Of a stretch of DNA of 26,420 nt, positions 16,530 to 24,175 are shown one piece after another. Below the pieces are notes generated by a model that saw nothing but the letters and a program-made list of their open reading frames with translations, was not told the DNA's origin and made no database searches. The position numbers and the translations under genes are program-made. Every line of letters begins with the position of its first letter. Position 1 is the first letter of the stretch. Origin of the DNA: a bacterium (GTDB taxonomy: Bacteria > Patescibacteriota > Minisyncoccia > UBA6257 > GWB1-50-10); the NCBI GenBank assembly GCA_043723165.1, contig JAYSOF010000026.1, forward strand, positions 1-26,420, read 5' to 3'.

Positions 16530-18677
16530 ATGGCCCACCAGAAGGTTCACCTAAAGCGAACCCGTAGGAAAAAATTACACACAGCGCTCGTAACCTTCGG
16601 GGTAATCGGCGTGTGTGTTGGCGCAACCGCTGTGTACCTCGCGCTCCTCGTGAGGACACTCCCCTCTCCGGAGCAGTTTGCCGCACGCCACGTGAGCGAA
16701 ACAACGAAGCTGTACGACCGAACGGGAACCGTACTCCTCTACGAGGTACACGGAGATGAGAAACGAACCGTGGTACCGTTCGATAAGATTCCGGAAACGG
16801 TAAAGAAGGCTACGCTCGCCGCTGAAGATGCTGAGTTCTACACCCAACCGGCATTCAACTGGCGCGGGATACTCCGCGCGCTCATCACAGATATACAGGA
16901 GGGGCGCGTCGCGCAGGGAGGCTCGACGATAACCCAACAGCTCGTTAAGAACACACTCCTGTCTTCAGAAAAAACAATCACGAGGAAGGTGAAAGAAATC
17001 CTCCTCGCGATTGAGCTCGAATCAAAGTACACGAAAGATGAGATCTTCTCTTTCTACCTGAACCAGATGCCGTACGGATCGAACGCGTACGGAATTGAGA
17101 CGGCGAGCCAGCTGTACTTTGGAAAGCAGGTGGCTAACCTGACCACCGGAGAGTCTGCTGTGCTCGCGGCGATACTCCAGGCACCGTCTTACTACTCGCC
17201 GTGGTCTGGAAACAAGACTGCACTCATGGAGCGTGAGCGGTACGTTTTGAACCGGATGAGAGAGCTCGGTTCTATTTCAGATGAACAGCTAAAGAAAGCG
17301 TTGGCTGAAAACGTAACGTTCTCCCCGCAGAACGTCGGATCGATACGGGCGCCACACTTCTCCCTCATGGTTCGGGAGTACCTCATCGGAAAGTACGGTG
17401 AACGTGCGGTTCTAGAGGGAGGGTTGAAGGTTATAACGACGCTCGATATGAAACTCCAGGAGTATGCGGAAACATCCGTCAGAGAGGGCGCTGAACGCAA
17501 TGAGAGCCTCTACAAGGGCACGAACGCCGCCCTTGTGGCCCAAGACCCCAAAACGGGTCAGGTGCTCGCCTTCGTTGGATCTAAGGACTACTTCGATGAT
17601 TCTATCGACGGAAAGTTTAATATGCCGGTTCAGGGAATCAGGCAGCCAGGATCTTCTCTCAAGCCGTTCGTGTACATGACAGCTTTTGAAAAGGGCTACT
17701 CACCTAAAACAGTCTTGTTTGATGTGAAGACAGAGTTTGATACGCGCGGGAATGCTGAAACGAGCTACCAACCAGAAAACTTTGATGGGGTGTTTAGGGG
17801 GCCCATTAGGATGGAGGAGGCGCTCGCCCAATCTCTAAATATTCCAGCTGTAAAAACACTCTACCTAGTTGGTTTAGACTCCGCCGTATCAACGCTCAGA
17901 GATTTCGGAATATCAACACTTACCGATCCATCTCGGTACGGGTTATCGCTCACGTTGGGAGGTGGTGAGGTAAAATTGGGAGAGCTCGTGAACGCGTACG
18001 CGACACTAGCGGACGACGGGATATTCCACAACCAATCCTTCATACTCGAGGTAATTGATTCGAATGGAACCATCCTCGAATCGTATAAGGATAAGTCTAG
18101 GCGCGTGGTTGATGCTCAGTACCCGCGGATGGTTTCAAAAATTTTATCGAGCTCTGATTTGAGGGGTCCTATATTTCACTCGAGCCTCTCCCTCACCGTC
18201 TTCCCCGGGTACGACGTAGCGCTCAAGACGGGAACAACTCAAGATTACCGAGATGCGTGGACCCTTGGGTATACACCAAACCTCGCGGTTGGCGTGTGGG
18301 CTGGAAACAGCAATAACAAACCGATGCAACAGAACGGGTCGAGTATACTCGCTGCGGTTCCGATTTGGAGTTCGTTCCTGAAGCAGGCACTCCCGCTCAC
18401 ACCACCAGACCAGTTCGAAGAACCCGAGGCAACTGAGGCACCAAATAAACCCATGCTGAATGGAGAGTGGGTATCATCTCAAGTTGTTAACGGAACACGC
18501 TACCAACAGATCCACTCGGTACTGTTCTATGTAGACAGAAAAAATCCCATGGGACCAGCACCAATTAACCCACAAGAAGACCCCGAGTTCTACAACTGGG
18601 AGAGTGGTGTTGCTGACTGGGTTAAAAAAACTTTCCCGTACGGTGTGAATGTAAATACCCCAATCCCCCTCCACTAG
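16530..18677 (+). CDS. Class A penicillin-binding protein (transglycosylase + transpeptidase, PBP1A family)
   Basis: N-terminal TM. GT51 motifs AEDAEFY, GGSTITQQL, RKVKE, YLNQMPYG. TP motifs SSLK (SxxK), SLN (SxN), KTGT. Confidence 0.95.
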   Translation: MAHQKVHLKRTRRKKLHTALVTFGVIGVCVGATAVYLALLVRTLPSPEQFAARHVSETTKLYDRTGTVLLYEVHGDEKRTVVPFDKIPETVKKATLAAEDAEFYTQPAFNWRGILRALITDIQEGRVAQGGSTITQQLVKNTLLSSEKTITRKVKEILLAIELESKYTKDEIFSFYLNQMPYGSNAYGIETASQLYFGKQVANLTTGESAVLAAILQAPSYYSPWSGNKTALMERERYVLNRMRELGSISDEQLKKALAENVTFSPQNVGSIRAPHFSLMVREYLIGKYGERAVLEGGLKVITTLDMKLQEYAETSVREGAERNESLYKGTNAALVAQDPKTGQVLAFVGSKDYFDDSIDGKFNMPVQGIRQPGSSLKPFVYMTAFEKGYSPKTVLFDVKTEFDTRGNAETSYQPENFDGVFRGPIRMEEALAQSLNIPAVKTLYLVGLDSAVSTLRDFGISTLTDPSRYGLSLTLGGGEVKLGELVNAYATLADDGIFHNQSFILEVIDSNGTILESYKDKSRRVVDAQYPRMVSKILSSSDLRGPIFHSSLSLTVFPGYDVALKTGTTQDYRDAWTLGYTPNLAVGVWAGNSNNKPMQQNGSSILAAVPIWSSFLKQALPLTPPDQFEEPEATEAPNKPMLNGEWVSSQVVNGTRYQQIHSVLFYVDRKNPMGPAPINPQEDPEFYNWESGVADWVKKTFPYGVNVNTPIPLH

Positions 18678-18687
18678 GAGGGGGATT
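18661..18687. terminator. Hairpin between convergent PBP and dnaN genes
   Basis: caatcccc(c)tcc, loop acta, ggaggggattg; overlaps the PBP stop. Confidence 0.6.
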
Positions 18688-18690
18688 GCT

Positions 18691-19800
18691 TTACGGGTTC
18701 CGAATTGGCATCACGACGTAAGAGAGAGATGGATCAGATTTAGAGCGCATGAGTGTAGGGCGATCAGGAGAAACGATACTCCACTGAACCTCCTGACCAT
18801 TCAGAACCTTAAGGCCATCGAGCACATACTTCCAGTTGAAAACGAGTTTAAATTCATCACCCGAGAGCTTCACGGGAACTTTGTAGTTATTTTCACCCAC
18901 CGAAGAATTTCCACAGACAACCTCTATAAACTTTCCATTTGATCCGGTAGATATGGTAATGTCGTTTGCCTTACCAGAAAACGAGCTCGTGAGTCTCACG
19001 GCACTCGTGAGCTCTTGCCTATCGACAGAAAACTCACGCGTAAAATCCTTGGGAATAATCGCTTGGTAATCGGGGAATCGGCCATCTACGAGCCGAGATG
19101 TGAGGCGCTTAGATGCTGCCACAAATGTTACCTGGTTCGGCTCGACGAGAATAGAAATATCGCCGTCTGATTCTTTAAAAATTCTCAGTACCTCCTCAGC
19201 TGCAAACAGCGGGACGATGAATGGGTTCGGGGGGTCACCTGAAACCAACTTAACCCCTGGGATAACCTTCTCAGCGAGGCGAAAGCTGTCGGTAGCAACG
19301 AACGTGAGTTTTCCATCATCGTAGTGCATGAAGACACCACTTATCTCCGGACGGACATCCGAGTGTTGCGTCGCCACAATGACTGATCCGAGCGCATCGA
19401 GAAAATCGGTGGCACTAACGAGAATGGATGAGCCTCCTGATATCTCTGGAATGATTGGGAAGTCAGAAACATCGGAGCTCTGAATCGTTGCCTCATAATT
19501 ATCGGTGGTGATGAGGAGTGAGGATGAGGTGGTTTCGAGCGTGAGTCGCTCTGAAGCGAGGTTTTTAACCACTGCCCCAAATATCGCCGCGGGAATAGCA
19601 GCTGAACCGCGCTCGATGACCTTACCTGGAACGGTGGAGATTGAAGCTACCTCTAGGTTGGTCGCCGTCAGCGTTATTACCCCATCTTCTGCTTTAAGAA
19701 AAATATTTTTAAGTATGGGGAGATTCGAAGTCGAACTCGTTGATCGCTCGACTGACCCGATACCTTCTATCAGATTGTTCTTTAGTATTATTAATTTCAT
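18691..19800 (-). CDS. dnaN: DNA polymerase III beta sliding clamp
   Basis: LPILKNI, ATNLEV, ATDSFRLAEK, LVDGRFPDYQAIIP, VVMPI. Directly downstream of dnaA. Confidence 0.97.
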   Translation of the reverse strand: MKLIILKNNLIEGIGSVERSTSSTSNLPILKNIFLKAEDGVITLTATNLEVASISTVPGKVIERGSAAIPAAIFGAVVKNLASERLTLETTSSSLLITTDNYEATIQSSDVSDFPIIPEISGGSSILVSATDFLDALGSVIVATQHSDVRPEISGVFMHYDDGKLTFVATDSFRLAEKVIPGVKLVSGDPPNPFIVPLFAAEEVLRIFKESDGDISILVEPNQVTFVAASKRLTSRLVDGRFPDYQAIIPKDFTREFSVDRQELTSAVRLTSSFSGKANDITISTGSNGKFIEVVCGNSSVGENNYKVPVKLSGDEFKLVFNWKYVLDGLKVLNGQEVQWSIVSPDRPTLMRSKSDPSLSYVVMPIRNP

Positions 19801-19944
19801 AACAGGAGTAGTAGTAGAGCTTGTGGATAGTGGATGGAGTCGATTTTTTTAGCGTGCGTCTAGTTTTTCTGGTTTCGTCCCTGTGGATACTTCTGTGGAT
19901 AGTTTAGGTAATGTGTTCCTCGGTGCCATTTCCTCTGTATATAA
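19800..19944 (-). other. oriC core: DnaA boxes plus DnaA-trios between dnaA and dnaN
   Basis: Minus-strand boxes CTATCCACA (19822-19830, 19894-19902), GTATCCACA (19882-19890), TTATATACA (19936-19944). Plus-strand TAA CAG GAG TAG TAG TAG trio run at 19800-19817. Confidence 0.8.
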
Positions 19945-19957
19945 CTCCGAAAGTTAT

Positions 19958-21325
19958 CTACGTTTTATACAGGCGCTCTTTGAGGAGTAAAACCTTTTGG
20001 TTCAGACCACTATTCTGCACTATTCCTTTAGATATTTTCTCGTACGCGTGGATCACGGTAGTGTGATCTCTCTTCCCCAACTTTTCCCCAATGTGGGGGT
20101 AAGAGAGTTTTAAGAGCTCGCGCATGAGGTACATCGCAACTTGACGCGGCTCCACAACTTCTCGTTTTCGGCCGCGTTCGGTCAAATCGCTCGGCTGTAT
20201 TTCGTAGAAATCAGAAACTGTTTTGATTATCTCGTTGACCGTTATGTTCTTTGCACAAACTTGGGCGGTCTCTTGGATGATTTCATCGAGTTTCTTGATA
20301 TCTATGGTCAAATTCTTGTACTGCTGGTAGAAGATGACCTTATTTAGGACCCCGTCGAGCTCACGGACATTCTTTTGGATCTTTGAGGCAATGTGTTCGA
20401 GTATTCGGTCTTCGATGATTACGCCCTGGGTTTGGGTTTTCGTCTTGAGAATTGCGAGGCGCATCTCATAGTCTGGGTAGCTCACATCTACTATCATTCC
20501 CCCCTCGAACCGAGACCGCAGCCGGTCTTCGAGTGTCGGAATAGCTGCCGGAGCACGATCAGAAGACATGATAATCTGCTTGTTGTTCTCGTAGAGGGCG
20601 TTGAATGTGTAGAAAAATTCGAGCTCTGTGGTCGTCTTCCCGCCGATGAACTGGATATCGTCGATGATGAGTACATCGATGTCGCGGTACTTGCGTTTCA
20701 TGTCATCTGTCCGTTTGTTGCGAACGGCCCAGATAACATCGTTGATGAATTTTTCTGACGTCACGTAGAGCACAACCACCTTCCCGTGGTACTTTTGATC
20801 GATGGCATTACCGACCGCTTGGATGAGGTGGGTTTTTCCGAGCCCAACCCCGCCGTAGATGAAGAGTGGGTTGTACTTTTTACCGACATTTCCTATGACC
20901 GCCTGCATCGCGGCGTACGCGAGCTCGTTTGATGATCCGACGATGTATGAATCGAACGTGTAGCGCGGGTTAAGGTTAGTCTTGAGGTTTATCGTTGAAT
21001 CAGAGAGCGGCAGCTCAACACCGACGTCACGGTTTGAAGGTTTTTGAGCCTTAACTGTTGGGATAGCTGGGTTTGTGGTTACGACAGTGTAGTTTACCGC
21101 GCGTATAGAGCCGTCAAAGTTTCGGAGGGATCCGAGGATTAGTTTGTGGTACCGATTTTTTACCCACTCCTTAGCAAAATTGTTGGGCAAACCGACGAGC
21201 ACGACCCCCTCCCGCTCCTTTTTTTCGATGAGCTTACTGTTTTTGAGCCACGTGAGAAAGTTCGGTCGCGAAATCTGAAGTTCGATTTCTCCCAACACAT
21301 TCTTCCATAATTCGTTGTGCTCCAT
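19958..21325 (-). CDS. dnaA: Chromosomal replication initiator DnaA
   Basis: LNPRYTFDSYIVG, YNPLFIYGGVGLGKTHL, LIIDDIQF, LEDRLRSRFEGG, NVRELDG, RDHTTVIHA. Confidence 0.98.
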   Translation of the reverse strand: MEHNELWKNVLGEIELQISRPNFLTWLKNSKLIEKKEREGVVLVGLPNNFAKEWVKNRYHKLILGSLRNFDGSIRAVNYTVVTTNPAIPTVKAQKPSNRDVGVELPLSDSTINLKTNLNPRYTFDSYIVGSSNELAYAAMQAVIGNVGKKYNPLFIYGGVGLGKTHLIQAVGNAIDQKYHGKVVVLYVTSEKFINDVIWAVRNKRTDDMKRKYRDIDVLIIDDIQFIGGKTTTELEFFYTFNALYENNKQIIMSSDRAPAAIPTLEDRLRSRFEGGMIVDVSYPDYEMRLAILKTKTQTQGVIIEDRILEHIASKIQKNVRELDGVLNKVIFYQQYKNLTIDIKKLDEIIQETAQVCAKNITVNEIIKTVSDFYEIQPSDLTERGRKREVVEPRQVAMYLMRELLKLSYPHIGEKLGKRDHTTVIHAYEKISKGIVQNSGLNQKVLLLKERLYKT

Positions 21326-21352
21326 GGTTGGGTTTTGCCTTATGGTACTCGC

Positions 21353-21420
21353 ATTCTAAAACTTTTCAACAAGCCCCTTTTAACAAAAAAGAGTCCCGTG
21401 AGTGTATAACCTGTTGATAA
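21353..21420. promoter_or_regulatory. dnaA-rpmH intergenic DnaA boxes and candidate dnaA -10 box
   Basis: One-mismatch boxes TTTTCAACA (21363-21371, +), TTATACACT (21401-21409, -), TTATCAACA (21412-21420, -). Minus-strand TAGAAT at 21353-21358. Confidence 0.65.
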
Positions 21421-21431
21421 GTCATAAATGG

Positions 21432-21460
21432 TTGCGCGGATTGTTCTCCTGGGTTATAGT
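21432..21460 (+). promoter_or_regulatory. sigma70 promoter of the rpmH-rnpA operon
   Basis: TTGCGC (21432-21437), 17 nt spacer, TATAGT (21455-21460). Confidence 0.6.
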
Positions 21461-21469
21461 GAGGCGACT

Positions 21470-21604
21470 ATGAGTAGGACGTACCAGCCGAAGAAGAAAA
21501 AAAGGGCGCGGACACACGGTTTTTTAGCTCGGAAGCAGACTCCGAACGGAAGGACTGTACTCAAAAACCGCCGTCGGAAGGGTCGCGCACGACTCTCCGT
21601 CTAG
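21470..21604 (+). CDS. rpmH: 50S ribosomal protein L34
   Basis: Manual translation (below ORF-track cutoff): [44 protein letters not shown]. Confidence 0.97.
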   Translation: MSRTYQPKKKKRARTHGFLARKQTPNGRTVLKNRRRKGRARLSV

Positions 21605-21623
21605 TCTTTTTGAGACTGGATCT

Positions 21624-21875
21624 GTGAAAACCATTTTCACTGTAAAAAAGTACCCGAGGGGCTTCCAAAAGAAGCCCCTGTTTGTTGTCGTGGGGAAGCG
21701 GGTTGCGGCGAGGGCTGTAGATCGTAACCGTTTAAAACGTCAGATGAGGGCTGTGGCGAAGCTTTTGCCGCCAGGGTCAGACTACACAATTATCGCCTCA
21801 CCTGGAGCCTTGGGTTGCTCGTACGGAGAGGTGAAGAGTCAGGTTACGGGAAGCTCCTTACCCCGGGGCTCCTAA
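21624..21875 (+). CDS. rnpA: Ribonuclease P protein component (short, 83 aa)
   Basis: VVVGKRVAARAVDRNRLKRQMR (RNR motif). Canonical position after rpmH. Confidence 0.88.
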   Translation: MKTIFTVKKYPRGFQKKPLFVVVGKRVAARAVDRNRLKRQMRAVAKLLPPGSDYTIIASPGALGCSYGEVKSQVTGSSLPRGS

Positions 21876-21893
21876 GGGGGTATACTAAGCGCC

Positions 21894-22544
21894 ATGGCTA
21901 GCCTATTCCAAAATTTTATCTACGCTCCAATTTTATACCTCCTCGGGTTCCTCTATGGGAACCTCGCCTTTGGAGACCTCGGTGTGGCGATTATACTGCT
22001 CACCATTATCATTCGGGTAGTTCTCTTCCCTGTTTTCTACAAGGGAGCAAAAGATCAGGCGATCATACAGAAGATACAGCCGAGGGTTAAGGAAATTCAG
22101 GGAAACCAGAGCGCGGGAAAAGAAGAGCAGGCGAAGGCGCTCATGGATCTCTACAAAGAGCACAATGTGAATCCGTTCTCGAGCATACTCCTCCTCTTGG
22201 TTCAGCTCCCCGTGTTCATCGCGCTGTTTAAGATATTCGGACACGAGGCGCTCTCGTTCCCAACGAGGACATTCATCGGCCTCTTAGATCTGAGTTCTAA
22301 GAGTGTTGTGCTCGCTGTCATTGCCTGCGTCCTCCAGTACTTCCAGCTGAAGATGGCGCTCCCGAAGCAGAGCTCGGATGATCCGGCCGCAGCCATCGGG
22401 AAGGCCTCAGTTTTTTTTGGACCCGGAATCACGCTCATTGTCCTGTTCAACCTCCCCTCAGCACTCGGGCTCTACTGGGTAGTTTCTAATGCCTTCTCGC
22501 TCGTCCAGCAGGTTTACATCAACAAGCGCGTTAAGGTACAGTAA
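21894..22544 (+). CDS. yidC: YidC/Oxa1 membrane protein insertase (short form, no periplasmic domain)
   Basis: LGVAIILLTIIIRVVLFP, IQPRVKEIQ, LYKEHNVNPFSS, QLPVFIAL, PSALGLYWVVSN. Confidence 0.93.
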   Translation: MASLFQNFIYAPILYLLGFLYGNLAFGDLGVAIILLTIIIRVVLFPVFYKGAKDQAIIQKIQPRVKEIQGNQSAGKEEQAKALMDLYKEHNVNPFSSILLLLVQLPVFIALFKIFGHEALSFPTRTFIGLLDLSSKSVVLAVIACVLQYFQLKMALPKQSSDDPAAAIGKASVFFGPGITLIVLFNLPSALGLYWVVSNAFSLVQQVYINKRVKVQ

Positions 22545-22562
22545 GGGTAAATAAGAGCCCAC

Positions 22563-22991
22563 ATGGACACGGTATCCCAAAAGGTAAAGAAGTTACTCAC
22601 CCTCATAGGTTTTCCGAACGCGGAGCTCTTGGTTGATCCCGAGCACAGAAAAATCAGTGTTTTCATTGATGATTTTGTCATCCAGGAGAATGTGTCTGTG
22701 ATACTCCCCGCGCTCGATCACGTGCTGAACCTGATGCTCCGGAAGGACAGCGATCAAGCATTCATCGTTGATATCAACCACTACCGGAAAGACCGAGAGC
22801 GCATCATCGTAGATCTCGCAAAAGCGTCAGCTCGCAAGGCGATGATGACAAAAACAGACGTGGAGCTTCCCCCGATGAACGCCTACGAGCGTCGTCTCGT
22901 TCACATGGAAATCACCGCTCACCCTGAGCTCAAGACAGAGAGCATCGGCGCATCGAAAGATCGTCGGGTGGTAATCAAGCACATCTCTTAA
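22563..22991 (+). CDS. jag: Jag/KhpB(EloR)-like RNA-binding protein, KH-like + R3H, no Jag_N domain
   Basis: IVDINHYR, R3H motif LPPMNAYERRLVH, ESIG...RRVVI. Follows yidC. Confidence 0.88.
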   Translation: MDTVSQKVKKLLTLIGFPNAELLVDPEHRKISVFIDDFVIQENVSVILPALDHVLNLMLRKDSDQAFIVDINHYRKDRERIIVDLAKASARKAMMTKTDVELPPMNAYERRLVHMEITAHPELKTESIGASKDRRVVIKHIS

Positions 22992-23001
22992 GTTTTAGAG
23001 A

Positions 23002-24171
23002 TCAGGATCCCGCTGGTTCCATAACTACCCCAGACACCGGGGTGATTTTGTACACGAAGCCGTCGGGACGGTTCGTGAAGAAAATAGAATCGTTCGAGTA
23101 GATTGGGTTGTACGCATCGAGTTGGGACGTGAGCGGGAGCGTAGCGGATTCAACCGATGATGTGGTTATCCGGTACAGCCGATCGTTCGTAAAAAACTTT
23201 TCTTGGTAGTAGTCGTCCGGTAGCACGGAGAGTTCGGGCACGGCTCCCCGCGGGGCGAAGCAGTAGGCTTCCGTGCTCGTTGATCCGCTGAAGCACTTTC
23301 CGGGGAGCGTTTCAATCGTCGTTCGGATGAAGTCAGATGTTATGTACACCCTCTGTTCGCCTGCTCGGAACTGGAACAGGGTCTTGTGGTCACCCCCAAG
23401 GTCGAGCGTTAGGCCAGCTTCCGGTGCTGCGGTGATGGCAAAGGAAAGTTTTTTGAGGTCAAAGCTCCAGACCCGAGAGGTGGTGAGTCCAGAAGATCGC
23501 TCGCTGATGATGAGCGTTTGGGGTAGCTGTACCCGTAGCGAGACGCCGCTGAAGGCAAAACCTTTGGTGATGATTCGGTACGGAGCGGTAGGTTTCGTGA
23601 GGTCGATAGCTACGAGGTTCACCCCGCCCTCTTTCGTTTTTACACTCGCAACGATTTCTTGTGATTTAGTTCCCCACGTTGCGTACGAGATATCTCCGGG
23701 GAGCGGTCGCCACGCACGGTCGTTCGTATCAAATATTCCCCAGCTCGCACCCCCGATAGGTCCGAATGCGGCGAGAACCTGGCTGCCCCACGGGCTCACC
23801 TGTGTTTCGCGTACCCCAGCCATCTTCTGTACCGATACCTGCGTGTCGGAATCTTCGCCCACGGTGCTCACGGTTCCATCTGGTGCGATGTAGTAAACTT
23901 TTCCGTTCGGTTCAACCCAGAACGCGGTTACCGGACTGCGGGACACCTTAACGATTGAGACTTCTGTTGGGTTCTCTGCTTCGGGTGTACCAGGCTCACC
24001 ACTCTTGGTCGTTGGGGAAACCGTTCCGGCGCCGGGGAGGGATCCTCCTGTTTGCGGTGTGGTGTTTTCGGGTGCTGTGACCGGTGAGGTGATGCTTGTC
24101 CAGAGCATGTAGCCCGAAACGATGACCGCGAGAGCGCCGAGTGATACGAGGGTAATTTTTTTCCAGGACAT
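23002..24171 (-). CDS. Membrane-anchored protein with P/T/G-rich linker and predicted beta-propeller-like ectodomain
   Basis: Start ATG 24171. N-terminal TM (ITLVSLGALAVIVSGYMLW), low-complexity stalk, repeated short beta-strand blocks (FWVEPNGKVYY, VSPWGSQVL, WSFDLKK, IFFTNRPDGFVYKI). Confidence 0.75.
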   Translation of the reverse strand: MSWKKITLVSLGALAVIVSGYMLWTSITSPVTAPENTTPQTGGSLPGAGTVSPTTKSGEPGTPEAENPTEVSIVKVSRSPVTAFWVEPNGKVYYIAPDGTVSTVGEDSDTQVSVQKMAGVRETQVSPWGSQVLAAFGPIGGASWGIFDTNDRAWRPLPGDISYATWGTKSQEIVASVKTKEGGVNLVAIDLTKPTAPYRIITKGFAFSGVSLRVQLPQTLIISERSSGLTTSRVWSFDLKKLSFAITAAPEAGLTLDLGGDHKTLFQFRAGEQRVYITSDFIRTTIETLPGKCFSGSTSTEAYCFAPRGAVPELSVLPDDYYQEKFFTNDRLYRITTSSVESATLPLTSQLDAYNPIYSNDSIFFTNRPDGFVYKITPVSGVVMEPAGS

Positions 24172-24175
24172 AACC

